Source of the DNA: Malacoraja senta
Taxonomy: Eukaryota
Assembly (NCBI GenBank): GCA_038087875.1
Contig: CM075994.1
Span: forward strand, 2,296,001-2,360,000
Direction of reading: 5' to 3'
Length of the DNA stretch: 64,000 bases
Shown in pieces: positions 61,258 through 64,000 of the stretch. The translations under genes were made by a program, and so were the position numbers. Positions within the stretch are counted from its first letter, which is position 1. The number at the start of each line of letters is the position of its first letter. The notes below the pieces were generated by a model, which made no database searches, was not told where the DNA came from, and saw nothing but the letters and a program-made list of their open reading frames with translations.

Positions 61258-64000
61258 ATCTTTTTATTTGAATTTCACAGCAATTTGCATACATACTATG
61301 ATAACAGACTGTGACAGTCAAGGGATAATTGTGCAACAGTGTGTAAGCGACCCTCAAAACCCTTACCCTTACCCACCTTCAACCCACCCGAATCAGGTCA
61401 GAGCCAAACGGGGACAAACAACACTCACATACGTACACATCCACACACATATGGTAAGATAAACGAAACAAAAAGTACTAAAAAAATTAAAAATTAAAAA
61501 TTAAAAAGAATAAATAAATAAATAAATAAATAAATAGATAAATAAATAAATAAAGACAAATTTGGGGTCACTAATAACAGTAAATAAGTAAGTAATTAAA
61601 TAAATAATTGTGGGGAGGGGGGGATTAAGGGGAAAGCAGCTGCTGTAGAGCAAAACAATGGTGGAGAGCACTCAGTCCTCTTCCGAGTCCGGGGACAAGT
61701 TGAGAGAGTTAACAAGTTCCAAGAAAGGGTTCCATGTATCTAGCAATGTCTTGGTAGAGCCTTTGAGAGAGAATCTATGTTTTTCAAGCTTTAAATTGTA
61801 AAGCACCTCCTTAATCCAACGGGCGTGTGTCGGGGGACAGGTGAGCCTCCAGTTAAGCAAGATCAATCAGGCTAACAAGGTTGTAAAAGCTAGGACCCGT
61901 TTCACCGCAACAGAGAGGTTGGTGTTGGAAGGGGTACCGAAAATGGCTGACATTGGGTTTGGAGGAATAGTCTGGTCGTAGGCTCTGCTTATCAATTCGA
62001 AAGCACTCCTCCAAAAGGCTGCTAGCTTAGGGCAAGACCAAAACATATGGCTATGGTTGGCAGGGGATTGATTACATCTGTTGCAGGTGTCCCTAACAGC
62101 GGGGTACATTCTAGATAATCTTGCATTTGTGTAGTGGACTTTGTGAAGGACTTTGCATTGGATTAGGCCATGACGGGCACATATGGAGGAAGAATGGATC
62201 AAATCCAAGGCAGAGTCCCATTGCTGGTCTGTTAGTTTCGTATTCAGCTCTCCCTCCCACGCAGCTTTTAATGAGGTATGAGGTTTCAATTAAACTGACC
62301 CTAGCAAATTATACAAAATAGAGATGCATTTCTTCCGGTTGGGATCTAAAGCTAAGATGGTATCGGTCAGGGTTTCAGGAGGGCGATTTGGGAAATAGGG
62401 GAATGTCTTCTTCACAAAATCCCTAATCTGGAAAAAACGAAAAAGGTGGGAGTTTGGGAGGCTGTAGTTGGACGAGAGCTCCGCGAAGGACGAAAAGATG
62501 CCATCCTTGTATAGGTTTTTGATACTACTGATACCGTTGCTATGCCAGGTTTTGAATGCGTGGTCTGTACTTGAAGGTTTAAAGATGTGATTTTTAAGCA
62601 GTGGGGTCAAGATGGAAGGGCCTTGTAAACCAAAGTTTTTCCTGAGTTGACTCCATATCTTGAGCGAGAGGGACGCAATTGGGCCTGCACCCACAGATGT
62701 TATAGAAAGGGGGAGTTGGGAGCATAGGACAGACCGCAACGGGAGACGTGAACTCGCCTTTTCCATGTATACCCAGGTCGGTAGGTGGTCGCAATCATCA
62801 TTCATCCAATACAGGAGTTTTTGCAAGTTAGCTGCCCAATAGTATCGTCTAAAGTCAGGAAGTGCCAAACCGCCGTCACTCTTAGGAGACTGCAGTATCG
62901 CCTTTCGGATTCTAGCCGGTTTGCTACCCCTTAAAAATTTAGATATTGTCCTTTCTAATTTATCAAAAAAAGATTTAGTGATAAGTATAGGGACGTGCTG
63001 GAAAAGATACAGGAATTTGGGTAGGACGACCATCTTGACCAGATTTATCTGGCCCATGAAGGATAGCGGTAAAACTGACCAGCGGTCAAAATCTCTTTCG
63101 GCTTTCTCAACCAGAGGCAGAAAGTTTGTGCGGAACATATCAGATAAGGGTATTGTGATAAAAACGCCGAGATAGCGAAACCCGTCCTCTGCCCATTTGA
63201 ATGAGGTTAAAGAGCGAGGGAGCTGATTAGCCAGTGAGTTAATCGGTAATAGCTCACTCTTTTGGTAGTTAAGTTTATAACCAGAATACGCACCAAACCG
63301 TTCTAAAATATTCGTAATCACAGGGAGAGAACTGACTGGGTTCGAGATGTACAGGAGCAGGTCATCCGCATACAATGAGACTTTATGAGTTGTGTCGAAC
63401 CGTGTAATACCTTTAAAGCCCTTCTCTGAGCGTAACCAGACCGCCAGGGGTTCTATCGCGACAGCAAACAGGAGTGGTGATAACGGGCAACCCTGTCTGG
63501 TACCTCTCTGAAGGGTGAAGTGGGGCGACTGTATGTCGTTTGTTTGTACTGAGGCCACCGGGGACGAATATAATAGACTGACCCAAAGAATAAAACTGTT
63601 ACCGAGGCCAAACCTATCCATCGCCTCATATAGGTACCTCCACTCGACCCTGTCGAAGGCTTTTTCGGCGTCGAGGGAGACCACTATCTCCAGGGGTCTC
63701 ACTACTCGAAGAATGGATGATGTTAAGGAGACGCCTAGTATTATGGGAAGACTGTCGGCCTGGTATGAACCCTGTTTGATCTAACGAGATAATAGAGGGC
63801 ATCACTCTTTGAAGACGGAGCGCAAGGGCTTTAGAGAGGATTTTGAGGTCCACATTCAGGAGTGAAATTGGTCTATAGCTACTACAAAGCAGGGGATCTT
63901 TCTCCTTTTTAAGAATTAGGGAGATAGTAGCCCACGACAAGGTGGGTGGTAGGCGACGATGTAAAAACGCCTCATTGTACATATCTCTCATGGCTGGTGC
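61258..64000 (-). mobile_element. L1-clade (fish-type) LINE ORF2 and 3' UTR, extending beyond the window
   Basis: SYRPISLLNVDLKILSKALA, QTGFIPGR, SLDAEKAFDRVEW, RGTRQGCPLSPLLF, LYADD, GGLALPDF and a C-terminal CNRC...HMFWSCP knuckle. Only a few frameshifts and stops. Confidence 0.9.
61509..61553. repeat. (AAAT)n microsatellite in the L1 3' UTR
   Basis: Direct reading. Confidence 0.9.

Noticed and set aside
1..64000. CRISPR arrays, operons or prokaryotic defence systems
   Set aside because: The sequence is an intron-rich vertebrate locus with no regularly spaced repeat-spacer array; all RT ORFs belong to eukaryotic retroelements.

Overview
This is vertebrate genomic DNA, most likely from a cartilaginous fish (skate or ray; inferred from abundant HE1-like V-SINEs and CR1/HER1-type LINEs). 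Two host genes lie on the + strand. The first is the terminal coding exon of TAGAP (541-1892). The second is a complete 8-exon RSPH3 gene (7922-47818; spliced CDS 1017 nt, 338 aa plus stop; all introns GT-AG and phase-consistent), with a CRE/RFX X-box promoter. Most of the remainder is nested transposable elements: two Mag-like Gypsy proviruses (one with a foreign solo LTR inside its 5' LTR); Rex1-, CR1-, Proto2-like, Vingi-like and L1 LINEs; Penelope-like elements; MITEs; and a family of non-autonomous Helitrons. Most notable: (i) a Helitron carrying what looks like a captured, decayed host exon with its splice donor; (ii) many Penelope-derived short repeats carrying a minimal hammerhead-ribozyme core, often as fold-back pairs; (iii) three consecutive RSPH3 splice acceptors abutting TE ends. 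All family assignments come from recalled motifs, not database searches.
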